Positions 21,596 to 34,829 of a stretch of DNA of 64,000 nucleotides are shown piece by piece; the first letter of the stretch is position 1, and each line of letters starts with the position of its first letter. The position numbers were made by a program, and so were the translations under genes. Source of the stretch: Macrostomum lignano (taxonomy: Eukaryota); contig NIVC01000107.1 in NCBI GenBank assembly GCA_002269645.1, forward strand, positions 62,001 through 126,000, read 5' to 3'. The notes under the pieces were generated by a model. It searched no databases, was not told the origin of the DNA, and saw nothing but the letters and a program-made list of their open reading frames with translations.

Positions 21596-24134
21596 CCCTA
21601 GATGAAGTTCTGTTTACTCATTCTTGGCAGATCTGTTCCTACTTAAATTTCTTAACAGATCTGTGAATTTTGGTTAACACATTCTTAACAGATCTGTTCT
21701 TACTTAAATCTCTTAGCAGATCTGTATCTGCTTTTGTCTTACAAGATCTTACAAATCTTTGCAAGCCATTTTTTATTGTTTAATACGTAAAAAACATTCG
21801 TGATTTTTTAGAAAATACTTATGAGGTAAAGAGAAAACAAAATTTCTAACTGTATATCAGAAAAAAGACTTTCGTATATTTTCACATTTCTCTGCTGGAT
21901 CTTGTCAGATCAGTTCTTGCAGATCTGTACAGACCAGTTTTGAAAAGTGTCTGAATTGTTTTTTTTCCACAAAATATTTAACATAATAGTAATTACGTTT
22001 TTTAATGATTTGTATTTATTTTAGTTGTTCTTCTGGCAGCCAACAGTAAATGAATTTGTTTAAATATTCTTTCGCAGTTCTGAACATAGTGGACCCTTAT
22101 AGTTTGAATTCTCGCTCTTGCAATAATCTCAGTTCTTTCTTTTGACTTAGCCGAATACGTAATTTTTAATTCCTTAAATTGTTTCATAGTGTAGTATCAC
22201 TATTTTTTACTTTTTTAGCCATAATAACTTTTTTGATTAAGTATAGCTATGGCTTTAAATGAAGAGCAGATCGCGTCATCAATTAAAAAAATTTGACATA
22301 ATTGACAGACTGACTATAAAATGTATGATATGCTATATATATATCTATATAATATATATATCTAGGCTTGTTTCCTACTCCCAGGCCTATAAGTATGAGT
22401 AGGCCTAGGCCTATGACTTTGTTCTATGCTTTAATAGAAACAGAATGCATGTCTAGACCTAGTGATGTCCATTAATAATTCATTAATCCATTAATAATTC
22501 AGAAATTCAGTTACATACATAGATCAGTATTTTTGTAGTCTTTTGCATTTCATTATATTATATTTATATATACATACCTAGTTCTAGCCCCTAGGCTAGG
22601 GCTAGGCTAGTTCTAGTGACCTAGCTAGTAAGTAAATCTTAATTAAATAGGTCTATTCTGTTTTTGTTTGTTTTATATATGCTTATCTAGATTTATAAAT
22701 AGGTAGACTGACATATCTGTAAAACTTGGTTTTAATCCCTCCTTGATTTTAAACACTTAGGTTAAGAGTGTAATGTCTATTTTTAGTAAATAGTGTTATA
22801 ACTAGGCTTATCATTTTAATTTTAAAATAAAATAGGCCCTACTCTACTAAAAATTGTAATTGCTATATAGGGTATAGTTTTTCTGAATTAGAATTAAACC
22901 TGGATGCTTAAATATAGGCTTGTGGTTGTTAGAAAGTTATCTTAAGCCTTGACCTACTATTTGAAGAATATAGATAGGCATAGCAAAATCTAAAATTATT
23001 TATACTAGATAGGCCTAGATAAATAATATGAAAAATATAGAATGGAAGAAAAACAGGTCTAAATTTAATTAGACCAAAGAACTTATACAAAAGTTATTAC
23101 TCTGACTATTTAAAAACATAACAATGATATTTGTTTTATGTTTTAGTTATTTTGAATTGAATATTAATGTTTAAAATCCCAGAACTTTACTACAATTTTC
23201 CCTTTCATTGCAGCTACTTTACATGGTCAATATGGCATCGCTACTTATGGGTTCCAAGCTTGTCTTTATACCAAATGGCAAAGTGGCAAGCATCCTATGA
23301 TTGCTAAAAGAAAAAATGAAGCCAGCCTAAAGTAAAAATGCAACATGATAAAGAGCCCTAAAGTATTACTAAGAGCTCTTATAGACCTACTTTTATTGAT
23401 AACAAAGTAAGCTTTCTAGCAATATTGACTTTAAAATCTTTCAGTACTGTACTCTTTCAGTTTCAATTATTTGCAAACCAATTTAATTGTACATTGTAGT
23501 AAAAGATGCACCTGGTTTTTTTTCAAATGTTTCTGCTTCTATTTTTTAGTTTCTAAAAGTATTGCTCACCCTAATTTTATTAGTCCATTGTACCATTAGT
23601 ATTTTTTCTATTGAATGTGTGCTTAACTTTTGTTTTGAAGTTGACTTATTTTTTGCTTGTGCCATTTCCCTTGTGCATACAAGTTTTATTTCATGAGCAT
23701 ATGTGTATTTGTTTACATTTTCACAAATAAATATGTCTACTTTATTTTAATTGTTCAATGACATTTGCTTTTGTTCTGGCAGCTTACTAGCACAATACTA
23801 AAAGTGCAGAATCAAATAAGAAAGTCCTGTCATAACTCGTGTTCTTTATTGGAATTAAATTAGTGCATTGGGGTTTTATAAATGGATTACTAAACAGATC
23901 TTGGAAGATTTGATAAGACGGACAATGCATTCAATTGGTAAAGCTTAATACATCTTACAAGATCTGCCCAGATCTCCTAAGATCTGCTCGTGCAGACCGT
24001 GCAAGATCTTCCTGCAGATCTTGTAAGTTCTGCCTATATATTTTAATAGTGCAGATCTGTTACGTTCTTGCAAGAACGTAGCGAGAAGCTCCAGACAGAT
24101 CTGCTAAGAAATGGCATGACGATTTCATCTAGGG
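21596..24134. mobile_element. Non-autonomous EnSpm/CMC-like DNA transposon (2539 bp)
   Basis: TIR CCCTAGATGAA...TTCATCTAGGG and 2-bp TSD GA (21594-95, 24135-36). Clustered AGATCT palindromes in both subterminal regions; AT-rich interior. Its removal restores the LINE frame (C-R-L-I-C). Confidence 0.85.
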
Positions 24135-24365
24135 GAGCCTACACGCTCTGCCTTGGATCGTGTTGAGCAGGTCTGCATGGCTTTTGACCTGGGTAGCGCT
24201 AACCCAGACAACAGAGGCGTACGTAATGGCAGGTCTAACTACGGAAGTATAGATCCACCAAAGCCGCTTTGGGGATAGACCCCAAGAAGTGCCAAGTGCT
24301 CGTCGGAGCTGGGCCAGGATGGCTGAGGCACGCTTGGCTTTTGCTTTCACGTGGGAGGACCAGTT
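24135..24365 (-). mobile_element. Same non-LTR element: RT C-terminal (thumb) region, 5'-truncated
   Basis: NWSSHV..K..RA...L..LRRALGTSWGLSPKRLWWIYTSVVRPAITYASVVW, the typical post-RT motif of R1/LOA-type LINEs. Confidence 0.9.
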
Positions 24366-24455
24366 GTCGGCCTGGGCATTGGGCGGCAAAATGGCGGCGA
24401 CAGTGGCGACAAGCTCCGTCAGCTGCTCCTGCATCCGGCCCAGTTGGTCTGCCAT
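24366..24455 (-). mobile_element. Possible LTR-element gag N-terminus fused in frame to the LINE fragment
   Basis: ATG-initiated amphipathic MADQLGRMQEQLTELVATVAAILPPNAQA does not resemble LINE RT. Same strand as the protease remnant. Confidence 0.35.
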
Positions 24456-27400
24456 AGGGTTGCTCGCTGTTGCTCGCTTCTTATTTTTTATAGAATTCTA
24501 CTAGATTCTTTGTTCTTTCGGTTTTTGTCGTACTTATGTCGTACTAAGATACTAAGGTATTGTCAATTTACTTTAAATACAGATACAATTGTTGTCTAAT
24601 TGGTAAAATTTTAATATGTATACCGTCGTTTAATGGAGTGCATTAACATAATTCCGTTACGGCGTGATTTTCAGGTACAATTAGAAAACTGGAACGTACG
24701 AGTTTAAAACGGTCAGTTTCAGTCGTGTCGACGACCTCAGTGTGCAGTGCATGGCACGAACATGAACCATGAACTCACCTTGAATTTAAACACATCTATC
24801 AAATATTATATGACATGATATTACGATATCATTTAATGAATGAAGTGCAGTCTTGTACGCTATCCTTGTTGCTCTGTAATCTGTATATATATATTATTAA
24901 GCCCTGCCCTGGCTGCCCCTAACTAATCATATTGATATATATTCTAATATTGAATACATTGTTATTGGACTTTTTTGTAAATTTATGAATTATGTTATAA
25001 AAATACTTTAGTGGACTCTATAATACAATATAATAATGATGGTTCCTGGAACTATAATTTTGCAATTTTTTTTTAGGTAGGCACTTCAGTGAGAAAATTA
25101 AATTTCAGAAATTGTTATAGGCTGCTATTTCACTAGATAGATCTTACTTTCCCATTTCCAAAATGGCCAAACTTTAGTGATTTGGTTGAGTAATAAGGAA
25201 ACTACAGCTATTTTAGTAACCCCGATTTGTGCCTTTAGCCAATGGAATTTTTACATTACGGTTTGTGATCATTTTTGGCCAAAAAGTTGGCTTTTTGTCT
25301 TTGAACACTTGTAATTAATTTTCTAGCCAACCAAAATGACTGTGCTTGGTGTCATTTTGTTCAGTTTTTTAGTGTTAATTGTATGAATTATATATTTTAA
25401 TATTATTTTATATGCCCAAGTTGCTAAGCTAATTGAAACAGGATGGGTGTATGAAATTTTGACTATTTTAACCAGATACGCAATGATTGCAATTTTAAAA
25501 ATACAATAGCATCTGTTCTGCTTGCTTAATTTATACAAGGCTAGTGTCATTTTGTTCAGGTTTTTACCTACTATAATACTATTCTACTTCTTGCCCTAAA
25601 TTTTTAATGCATGACAGACACCCCAACTGCAATGTAATGTGCTGTACAGGCTTTGCGCATGGGTTTATTAAAAAACGGTTTTGCCTATCGTGTTCAGCAT
25701 AGCAGAATTAGTTAAATGACACAGAGAACTAGTTTGCCGAAAGGCAGAGTCTCACAAAAAACACGAAATACACGTTTCAATGGGTATTTTACATGTAAAC
25801 GTATCAAAAAAAGAAACCTCCACAAAATTTTTGCGCCTATAGCTATTGGCAAGCGGTTTTTTTTACTGTGCTTGTATTGTCAATAGGTAATGAAAAATAT
25901 AAAGAGAAACAATGCAGGAAAAGGATTTCATGGAAAATTTTGGATTTGAAATTTTGCATAGAGCCATATGGGCATTAAAAGAAAAAAAAATTTTTTTTAA
26001 CACCAGAAAAATGTTTCTAAATTATCCCTTTACACTATAAAACCTTTGTTTCCATTATAAGAAACACATTGCAGCTAAGAAAAAGCATTTTCTGAACCAC
26101 TGTTTTTTTATTCATTTTGGCTTCAATTTTATATTCCTCCTAAAAAATGGTCAACTTTAAAAATAGACAGTGCAAAAAGCATAACAAAGCTAGACTTGCA
26201 GTTGGTGTCATTTGAAAGAGCTCCTTTTTACCTTTTAAATGCATATTTTACTTTCATCCTGGCTTCTATAGTTTCTTTAAAATCGCCCTTGAAAAATTGG
26301 ACTTTTTTCTTACTTTTTTGCCATTGGCACGCACTTCTTATAACTCACTGAAGTCCCTATTTTAGGATACAATGTTTATGATACTTTACCAAATTACCTT
26401 TGTAAAAAGACAAGAAAAAAATAGGCCTATAAATATAATTGTATAAAACATATTTTAGATTTTAGATTAAGGCCTAAATAAATATAGCTAAAGCCCAATA
26501 GAGATCAAACAAATGGGACATGTTTTATAACTATTAAACCTATTGGTATATTGCTTTTTATTGGTTTATATATATATTATAAACTAGGCTAGGGCTAGGC
26601 TAAGCTGTACTATACAACAATATGTAGAAAAGAAATAGTAGATGAGTAGAAATGATAGGAAATAAGATATAATGTTGCATTCAAGCTAAAAGGTCTAATT
26701 TCAATTTTTTAAGATTCAATTAGAAAGTTAAATTATATTTTTATATAGATACTAAGATAGCATGATAAATACTATATAAAACATTGTATATTGTATATTA
26801 TATATTGTATATTGTATAAAATAAAATGGATAATAGGTCTATAATAATATTAATTTAATGACAATTTTATAAATAAATTATTATATTTTTTAAAAGAATA
26901 TTATTAAATAGGCCCTAATAATTTAGCTATGGCTTAAATACAAGTATTAGACAAAAGGCCTAGCCTATTAGGGAGTTCTGTAAGATTTTGAAATTTATTG
27001 TTAATATATTTTTCTTATTTGATATGATAAATATTTTTTGTATAAGTAAAAGACCCATAGTCTAGATCATGGCAGGCATATGCTAGAATGAAAATTCATG
27101 TTTTCAATATTATGCCAATTTAAAATTTAAAATTTACGCCAAACCTAAAGTTGTTTATACACCAATTTTTTTATGTAATTTATATTTTCAAAAAATTTAA
27201 AGCTTTAATAAACCTGAAAAAAGCTGTTGTTTGCTAAGAACTGATATTATTTGTTTTAATTTTGTTTGTCTTGTAAATTGCATTTATATTCTTTATGCCG
27301 GCTATGTACACTTAATATTAAACCTGAAAATTCTATATGCCAAGTGTCTGCCAAGATTGTCAGCAAGAGCAAAAATTTGCTAGAATTTTCTGGCATAAAG

Positions 27401-28619
27401 GCCAATTTCTAGACTATGGTAAAATATATCTTACTTTTAAAAATTTGGCAAGTAATAAGAAAATCATAAAAATTTTTGTATCTTAATTTTTCAACATTCT
27501 ATATTCAAAATTTTTCAACAATTTTGCCCAAAAACAAATATTTTTGCTAGGATAAAATCTTTGCATGGTAATTTTGGAATAGAAACCTATGGCTATGCAG
27601 AAATTTTTCATGCAAGTTCTTTACTCTAAACTGCAGAAGTTTTTTCTATATTGCAATAATAAAGGACCTTTTTAGGGTAGCCTATTGCTTCTTATATGCA
27701 AAAACTTGTTTTATGTTACAAGTCAAATATCAGCATTTTTAAATAATTTATGCTAACTTTCATTTTTCTCATTGCACAAGATTTTTGCAAAAAGTTTGCA
27801 TAACTATGCAAGTTTTTCAACAGAATCTATCTTGAATTTTATAGAAAAATTATATTCTGTTATTTTTTTAATAACTTTTTTTCATCAGTTTTCTATGTCC
27901 AATAATACAAGATATCATTTTTTAGCTTTTTATACATTGACTTATCTTTATGTATGAAAATGAAAATTGTCTGTGCGTGTGTATTGAAACTGCTAAAACT
28001 GCTCAACCAAATTATACCTAATTTTGCACCTATACTAAGCTCATTATGGAAAATGTCTTAGGCTACCTTAAAATTCCTAAAAAAATTGTTCTTTAAAAAA
28101 ATTCCAATTTTTTTCTAGTTTTTTTCTAGAAATAAATGCAAAAACTACTTAAAAAGTACATTTTTCACTTATTTCTCTGTAGTTCCACTCCAATTTTTAC
28201 CAATTCTAACTAACTAGCAAAAGATTCTAACTAACCACTGTCTTAGCTTACCAATGGATGAGGAAAATAGAAATCAAATCAAAAGACTAGCAAGGCAATG
28301 CAGCATGGTTTTTTAAAGCAACTTTTTATGAAAAAGCAGTGCAATTTTATCTTACTAAATTACTCACACCATGGAGATTTAAACATTTTAAGTTTTTCTT
28401 AGTCACTTTAAAATTTTAATGCCTCTAAAATAAAACATATTTCTTTAGTTGTTATACCAATTTAGATTTGTGAAGCTGTAGATACAACCATAAGAGTACT
28501 ACATCCCAAAAACTGGCTTTCAAAGCAAGGGTTGGCAGACTTTACCTCAAAGGCCAGATAAACAATCCAGATCATGTTTGGGGGAGCAGATAAGAGTAGA
28601 AAGAAAGAATAGACAATTA

Positions 28620-28975
28620 GAATAGAGGAGAGGCAAGAGAGGGGATAAAAGAAAGATAAGAGGAGAGGAGGGGGTTAGGACAGGGGAGAGAAGAGGGGAG
28701 GGAAGAGAAGAAAGGGAGAGAGGAGAGAGTAGAAGTGAGAAGAGGGAGAGATATTAGGGGAGAGAGAAGAGATAAGAGAAGAGAGTAGAGAGGAGAAGGA
28801 AGAGAGTAGAGATGAGAGCAGAGAGGAGTTGAGAGAGGAGGGAGGAGATAAGAGAAGAGGGAAGAGAAGAAAGAGGAGTGAGAAAAGGGAATAGGAGAGA
28901 GTAGAGACGAGAGATGAGAGGAGAGGAGAGGAAAGATGAGGGAGCAGAGAGGAGAGATAGGAAATCAGATGAGAA
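28620..28975. repeat. GA-rich low-complexity tract
   Basis: Almost pure purine on the plus strand. Confidence 0.9.
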
Positions 28976-29296
28976 ATAAAAGAAGCATCATGTCAAACAT
29001 GAAAGAAGCATCCATGTAAAACGTAAAAGAAATGTCATGTAAGAAATAAAAGAAGCTTCATGTAGACCAAGAAGAAGCGTCATGTCAGACATAAAAGAGG
29101 CATCATATAAGAAATAGAAGCCTCATGTAAAACATAAAACAAGTGTAATCTAAGAAATAAAAGAAGCGTGGAATTACGCATGGAATTGCTGAGATGGGTG
29201 GGCTTATGGGAGGCATCGCTGAGATGTCAAGGCTCATTGGGGAAATAGCTGATATGTTAAGGCTCCTGAAGGAATTGTTGAGGTGTTAAGGCTTTT

Positions 29297-29653
29297 TTTA
29301 TTAGAGGCAGGGGGTTGTGTGCACCCTGGCGCACTTTAAGCGACATAGGCACACAACCGGCGAGAGGCATTACTACCCATTCCGCCGACTCCCCTGAGCA
29401 GGCATACAAGCGCGCGGATACGTACGCAGGCACACACTCACACAGGAGTGTACAGCGGCCCTAACTTTATATTATCGTTAGGCATGTACACTTCACTGCG
29501 CCTTGAGGGGTTGGCTCTCAAGGCCGTTAATTGCACGAGCAGAGCCAAGCCGAGATTCCAATTCAGCCCCAAATTAATGTGACTGCACTTGGAATCGAGC
29601 CTGGGTCGCTGGCACACCAGAGCAGCTGCGCTACCGCTGGGCAACGGCCCCCC
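29297..29653 (-). mobile_element. Full-length tRNA-derived SINE
   Basis: Minus strand has A box TGCCCAGCGG and B box GGCTCGATTCC, and ends CCCCCTGCCTCTAATAAAAAAA. Confidence 0.75.
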
Positions 29654-29840
29654 TGGTGTTAAGGCTTACGGGGGGATTAGTGAGTTTATTGCAAGGATAA
29701 GCTACATGTAGTTTATTAAAAATGTATTCCATTAGGGTCGCTCAATCAGAAAAAGTGGGAGTAGAAAATCTAAAAAATCGTAAAATATTTTTTTTATTTA
29801 TTTGAGAACTCCATTTTATCAAAAGAATTTAAACACATTT

Positions 29841-31084
29841 ATGGCTAATATTGCCAGTCCCAATTCCGACAATGTTAATGACGACCTATGGATAATTGTC
29901 AACGAACTTATAGACGATTTAACAATGGACACTATATTCTCGTGCCATATGGAAGCTAAAATGGGATTATTAATGCTTGACGAAGAGCTAGCAACATTGG
30001 CTCAGACTGAGTTGTCTCCAGTGTCTACTCAGCGGCAGCAGCAGCAGCAGCAGTCTGCACCAATTTGTCGCTGTCCGAACTGTCACAGACGCCTAGCAGC
30101 GTCGAGATTGGCCCCCCACCTGGAGAAGTGCATGGGGATGGGCAGGCTCGCTAGTCGGCGAAGGCCACTGCAGCAGTGCTTCGGTGCCTCGGATGCTGCT
30201 GCGGCTGCCGAACTCGCTGCTATCGAGGATTCTAAAGGTATATATGATATTTAACTTTTAAATGCTCTATCAGCTAATCAATCTCACACACCTGTGTGTG
30301 TGTGCCTGCGTACGTATCCGCGCGCTTGTATGCCTGCTCAGGGGAGTCGGCGGAATGGGCAGTAATGCCTCTCGCCGGTTGTGTGCCTATGTCGCTTAAA
30401 GTGCGCCAGGGTGCACACAACCCCCCTGCCTCTAACAAAAAAAATAATCAATCTCACTCTATCAGTTAATCAATCTCACTTTATCAGTTAATCGATCTCA
30501 CTGTATCAACTGATCAATCTCACTCTATCAGTTAATCAATCTCACTCTATCAGTTAATCAATCTCACTTTATCAGTTAATCAATCTCACTGTATCAACTG
30601 ATCAATCTCACTCTATCAGTTAATCAATCTCACTCTATCAGTTAATCAATCTCACTCTATCAGTTAATCAATCTCACTCTATCAGTTAATCAATCTCACT
30701 TTATCAGTTAATCAATCTCACTGTATCAACTGATCAATCTTACCGTATCAGCTAATCAATCTCACTCTATGAACTAATCAATCTCACTCGATCAGCTAAT
30801 CAATCTCACTCGATCAGCTAATCAATCCCACTCCATCAATTATTAAATCTGACTATTAGCTAATTAAGCATCTAATCAATTAACAAAATCTCACCTATCC
30901 ATTGACACCCTGGGACTCTTCAGGACCTCTGTTGCCAAGGAAGCGTCGCCGTTGTCGCCGAAACTCGTCGCCGCCGCCGCCGCAGTCATCGGTCGGGCGC
31001 CGTCGCACTGCGGGCGTCAGCGACAAAACTGTCGAATTCGACACTGTGACGGCCTCGTCTGATTCGTCCTCAATGACTAATTAG
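29841..31084 (+). CDS. ATXN7L3: SAGA deubiquitination-module subunit Sgf11 / ataxin-7-like 3, 2 exons (29841-30237, 30924-31084)
   Basis: Sgf11 Zn-finger [21 protein letters not shown] and N-terminal helix. AAAG|GTATAT...cttcag|GA phase 1 joins an in-frame basic C-terminal exon. Confidence 0.9.
30288..30445 (+). mobile_element. 5'-truncated copy of the same SINE, in the Sgf11 intron
   Basis: About 150 bp nearly identical to the reverse complement of 29297-29445, ending in an A-rich tail. Confidence 0.85.
30445..30900. repeat. 22-bp minisatellite
   Basis: ATCAATCTCACTCTATCAGTTA x about 18. Confidence 0.93.
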
Positions 31085-32019
31085 ATGCCGAAGCACTTTA
31101 ATTTGCATTGGCAGTAATATTTACTCCAGCCGTTTACCCTCAGTCATTAGCTTGATCTTGTTGGACTACAAATAAGTCATCACCTATTCACCTCATTGAT
31201 TGCTGTCTCATTCTAATATTATATAAGATGCCATGTATGGATATTATTCATATTTCAGTCAGGCCCTTTTTCGAGTCTTTGTTTCCTTGTCTTTTTTGAC
31301 TAAGCACTGGTTTTTTGTAGTCTTTCTGTAGATGCCAGTCTGTGTTTTTTTGTATATGCATATATATGCTATAATTGCATAATAATAAGCTTGAGTATTA
31401 GTTATTTCAATTGGTTGCGCAAGTGTCTGTTGTTTAATGTCTTTCACTAATTGGATAAATATATGCTTTTCTTAGCCCTGACTTCAGTCTTAGATGGAAT
31501 AATTAATATTGACTAATTAAATAATGTCTCCGTCACGTTAATTTGATCGCATTTTCAATATTTTAAAATTCCTTTTTCGTTATTAAAATTATTGATATTT
31601 TTTGTTTTTTTTCTGCTTTCTTGGTCAATAAAATATATGCAAATATTCGGTGTCGTCTTAACTTCTTCTTGCTGGCTTTCTTTCCATTTCAATATGTCAT
31701 ATAGGTAGACTTGTAGAACGTCCATACTATAGGACTGTAGATAAATTAATAATGGTTTTTATTTCCTATATAAGGCCTATTGAGAAGGCGAAATTTGATG
31801 CACCGAAGGTGGCTGGTATATGGGTTTCCTATGAAGGGGGCCCGTCTGCGCTAATTGATTGATGATTTAATCATCCCGACTAAGACTAGCAATTCAGATC
31901 CTTGCATGGTTACTCTTTGGTCTTTTATTATTAGTTAGTATTGTCATTAGGAGTTTTGTTCATTGCATTGACACTAATGATTGGCACATAGGCTCCAAGG
32001 AATAGACAGCCACTGTAGA

Positions 32020-32240
32020 CACAGACAGACAGACAGACAGGCTCTACAGACAGGCAGACAGTCGCTATAGACAGACAGACAGACAGGCTCTACAGACAGA
32101 CAGACAGTCGCTATAGACAGACAGACCGACAGGCTCTACAGACAGACAGACAGGCTCTACAGACAGACAGACAGAAACAGACAGACAGACAGACAGGCTC
32201 TACAGACAGACAAACACAGTCGCTATAGACAGACAGACGG
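32020..32240. repeat. (GACA)n-based composite microsatellite
   Basis: GACA runs interspersed with GGCTCTACA and GTCGCTATA. Confidence 0.9.
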
Positions 32241-32339
32241 GCAGTACTCGTAAAGGCAAATTATGGAATAAAACACTAAACTGTGTACTCATATTAGTAT
32301 TTGTTAGCATAGCTTGGCTTCCCCCGTAGCCTCAATTTG

Positions 32340-32745
32340 AGCAGTTTGAGAGGAGGGAAGAGTGGAGAGAGGAGGGAAGAGGGGAGAGACGAGGGAAGAG
32401 GGGAGAGAGGAGGGAAGAGGGGAGAGAGGAGGGAAGAGGGGAGAGAGGAGGGAAGAGGGGAAGAGGGGAGAGAGGAGGGAAGAGAGGAGAGAGGAGGGGG
32501 GAAGGGAGAGAAGAGGGAAGAGGTGGGAGAAGAAAGGAGAGAGGAAGGAAGAGGGGAGAGAAGAGGGAAGAGGTGGGAGAAGAAAGGAGAGAGGAAGGAA
32601 GAGGGGAGAGAAGAGGGAAGAGGTGGGAGAAGAAAGGAGAGAGGAAGGAAGAGGGGAGAGAGGAGGGAAGAGGTGGGAGAAGAAAGGAGAGGAAGGAAGA
32701 GGGAACAGAGCATGGAAGAGGTGGGAGAAAAGAGGAGAGAGGAAA
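32340..32745. repeat. GA-rich tandem tract
   Basis: GAGGGAAGAGGGGAGAGAG-type units. Confidence 0.9.
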
Positions 32746-32892
32746 GACAGACCCTGAGCGGGCCGGATTGCTATTGTGAAGTTTCAAAGGATTCGCGAGC
32801 CGGATTGGAGTTTGCCGAACCCCCCTCCCCCTCCCCCCGACCCCATAGGGCAGTATGGCAGTGTTCAGCTCTTCCCCTCGACCACCCCACCA

Positions 32893-34483
32893 ATGCAGGC
32901 TCAGAGCAGCAGTCGCGACCTCGACCCGGGCGAAGTTGCCTACAGAATTTTCCCCCGGCCAGACGGGGCGCACAGCCTGTCCGAGCTGCGCCGCCGCTGC
33001 CTTTCAGTGGCTGGCGCCGTATCGGCCGGACATGCCTGGCACGAACGGCCGTTCAATCTGTGTCCGGCGGACGTAACTGACCGGGGAACAGTCGATTTCG
33101 GACACTTGCACGGTCTCGTCCGAGTTGGCGATTGCGTCCACGATGAATGGATGATTGTCCGAATATTGCTAGCTGTTACTAAGCAACTGTCCGAAGTCGT
33201 CCTAGCGGCCGACATTGTAGACGAGGATGGTCAATTTTTGCTGGCCGAGACGGCCGACTACCTGCCGGATTGGCTGGAGCCGGAGACTTCGGACAATCGA
33301 GCTTGGCTAATGGCTGGCCGGCTGCACCTGCTGACCTGGCGAGATGGTGGCAGCGGCGGTGTCGAGCTGAGTAAAGCACTGCGATTGCTGGCCGCTTCCG
33401 ACTCTGTCGAATGCCTGACCGACGCCGCGCAGAGCTGCTTGACCCGGCGGGCGGCCGCGCTGCTTGACGAGCAGCCGGCGGTGCATCGAGCGCGCGTCTT
33501 CCTGCCGGCCAGTCTGGCCGCCGCTCTGGCCGTGCGGCCGGATCTTGTCGGGCCGGTGGCGGCCGCTTTCTGTCAGCGAGATGCCAAGGAGGCGCGTCGA
33601 TGTCGGCGACGTTGCTCGCTGCTGACGGCCGGCGACAGGCTGACGCTCTGCACACCGCTGTTGAATCGATGCCGCTACGCCCAGCTGATGTCGCAGGCGG
33701 AGGCTGGATACGCCGCCGATCGGCGCTCGGACTGGGCGGCGGCTGAAGACTCGATGGCTGCTAAAGCGCCGATGACAACGCAGGAGGTGTCCGAGCACCG
33801 GCGAGCGATGCAGCTGGGCTTGATGCTCACTCACGGGGCGGAGATTCTGCTGGATAAGTGTCCGGCTGGAGCCGACCCTGATGACGGCGCCGATGACGAC
33901 GATTTCGACGATTTAGAGGCGTCAAGTCGCCTGTTGTCGCGACTGTGTCGTTCGGCTCCGCCGGTGCCTGACAGCGTCGAGTGTCTGGACTCGGACGATT
34001 GGCTAACCGTGACGCCCGACCAGCTGGACGAACTGATGGCCCGGGTGTCCGGCCGGTGTCCGGTAGACCTGGCCGATCTGGCTGAGGATGGCGCCGCCGG
34101 AACATTTGCCGAGTTCCTGCGCGCCGAATCCGGACTAGACGGCGTGGAGTCTGCGAAATCGACGAACTCGAAGTCGACAACAAAAGCGACAGATTTCGAG
34201 TCGACAAAATTGTCGAACAAAATCGACATAGACGCCGAAGGTTTAGTAGCGTCGTTAAATAAAATATTCGACCAATTTGTTGATAGCGACGATGACAATG
34301 AAGATGCTGAGACTGACGAAGCTGAGGATGAAGATTCGGACGATGTTGATGAAGAGACAGTCTCCGATGGTGAAGGTGCCGATGGAGAGGCCAACGAAAG
34401 TGCCGATGCCGCTAGACGTCAGCGGATTCTGATGCGTCGATACATGCGCCAGATGGACGCCGAGCTGAGCGGGACGGCTGCCC

Positions 34484-34516
<33 letters not shown>

Positions 34517-34620
34517 GCCTTGAGGCGGCCTACGCCGCGGAACAGACGGTCCGGCCGGGTCCGCTTAGCGGCCTGTTCTCGGCGGCTGGCATTGCTCCGA
34601 GGACTCCGCGTCGGCCTTAG
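32893..34620 (+). CDS. ECD: Ecdysoneless (ECD/hSGT1) homolog, apparently single exon, about 575 aa
   Basis: HLHG.VRVGDCVHDEW.IV..L...T...VDEDGQFLLAETADYLPDWLEPETSDNR, then LDSDDWL, an acidic tract and MRRYMRQMDAEL. Start taken at the first ATG (32893). Confidence 0.92.
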
Positions 34621-34829
34621 AGATAACAGGGCGTCATGTGTGCTGTGCATTTGAATGGCCTTGGCTTATTGTAACTTATTCAGTGTACATTAATTGTGTG
34701 ATTGTACTAAATATAATATTGTAATTTTTCTATTGAAGCTATGCTTTCTAAATCGAATACCTATTGTTTTTTTAAGTATAATAGGTTAGTAGAAAAGGTT
34801 TAATATGTCTGCTTTTCGAGGGCTCGTAA

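Noticed and set aside
21590-24140. TIR element being spliced out as an intron to restore the RNase H ORF
   Set aside because: An AG exists in the distal TIR, but no phase-compatible GT donor was found before the in-frame TAG in the proximal TIR.
27055-27419. 12-bp inverted repeat CCATAGTCTAGA
   Set aside because: Short, in very AT-rich DNA and with no TSD. Possibly a decayed MITE, but not supportable.
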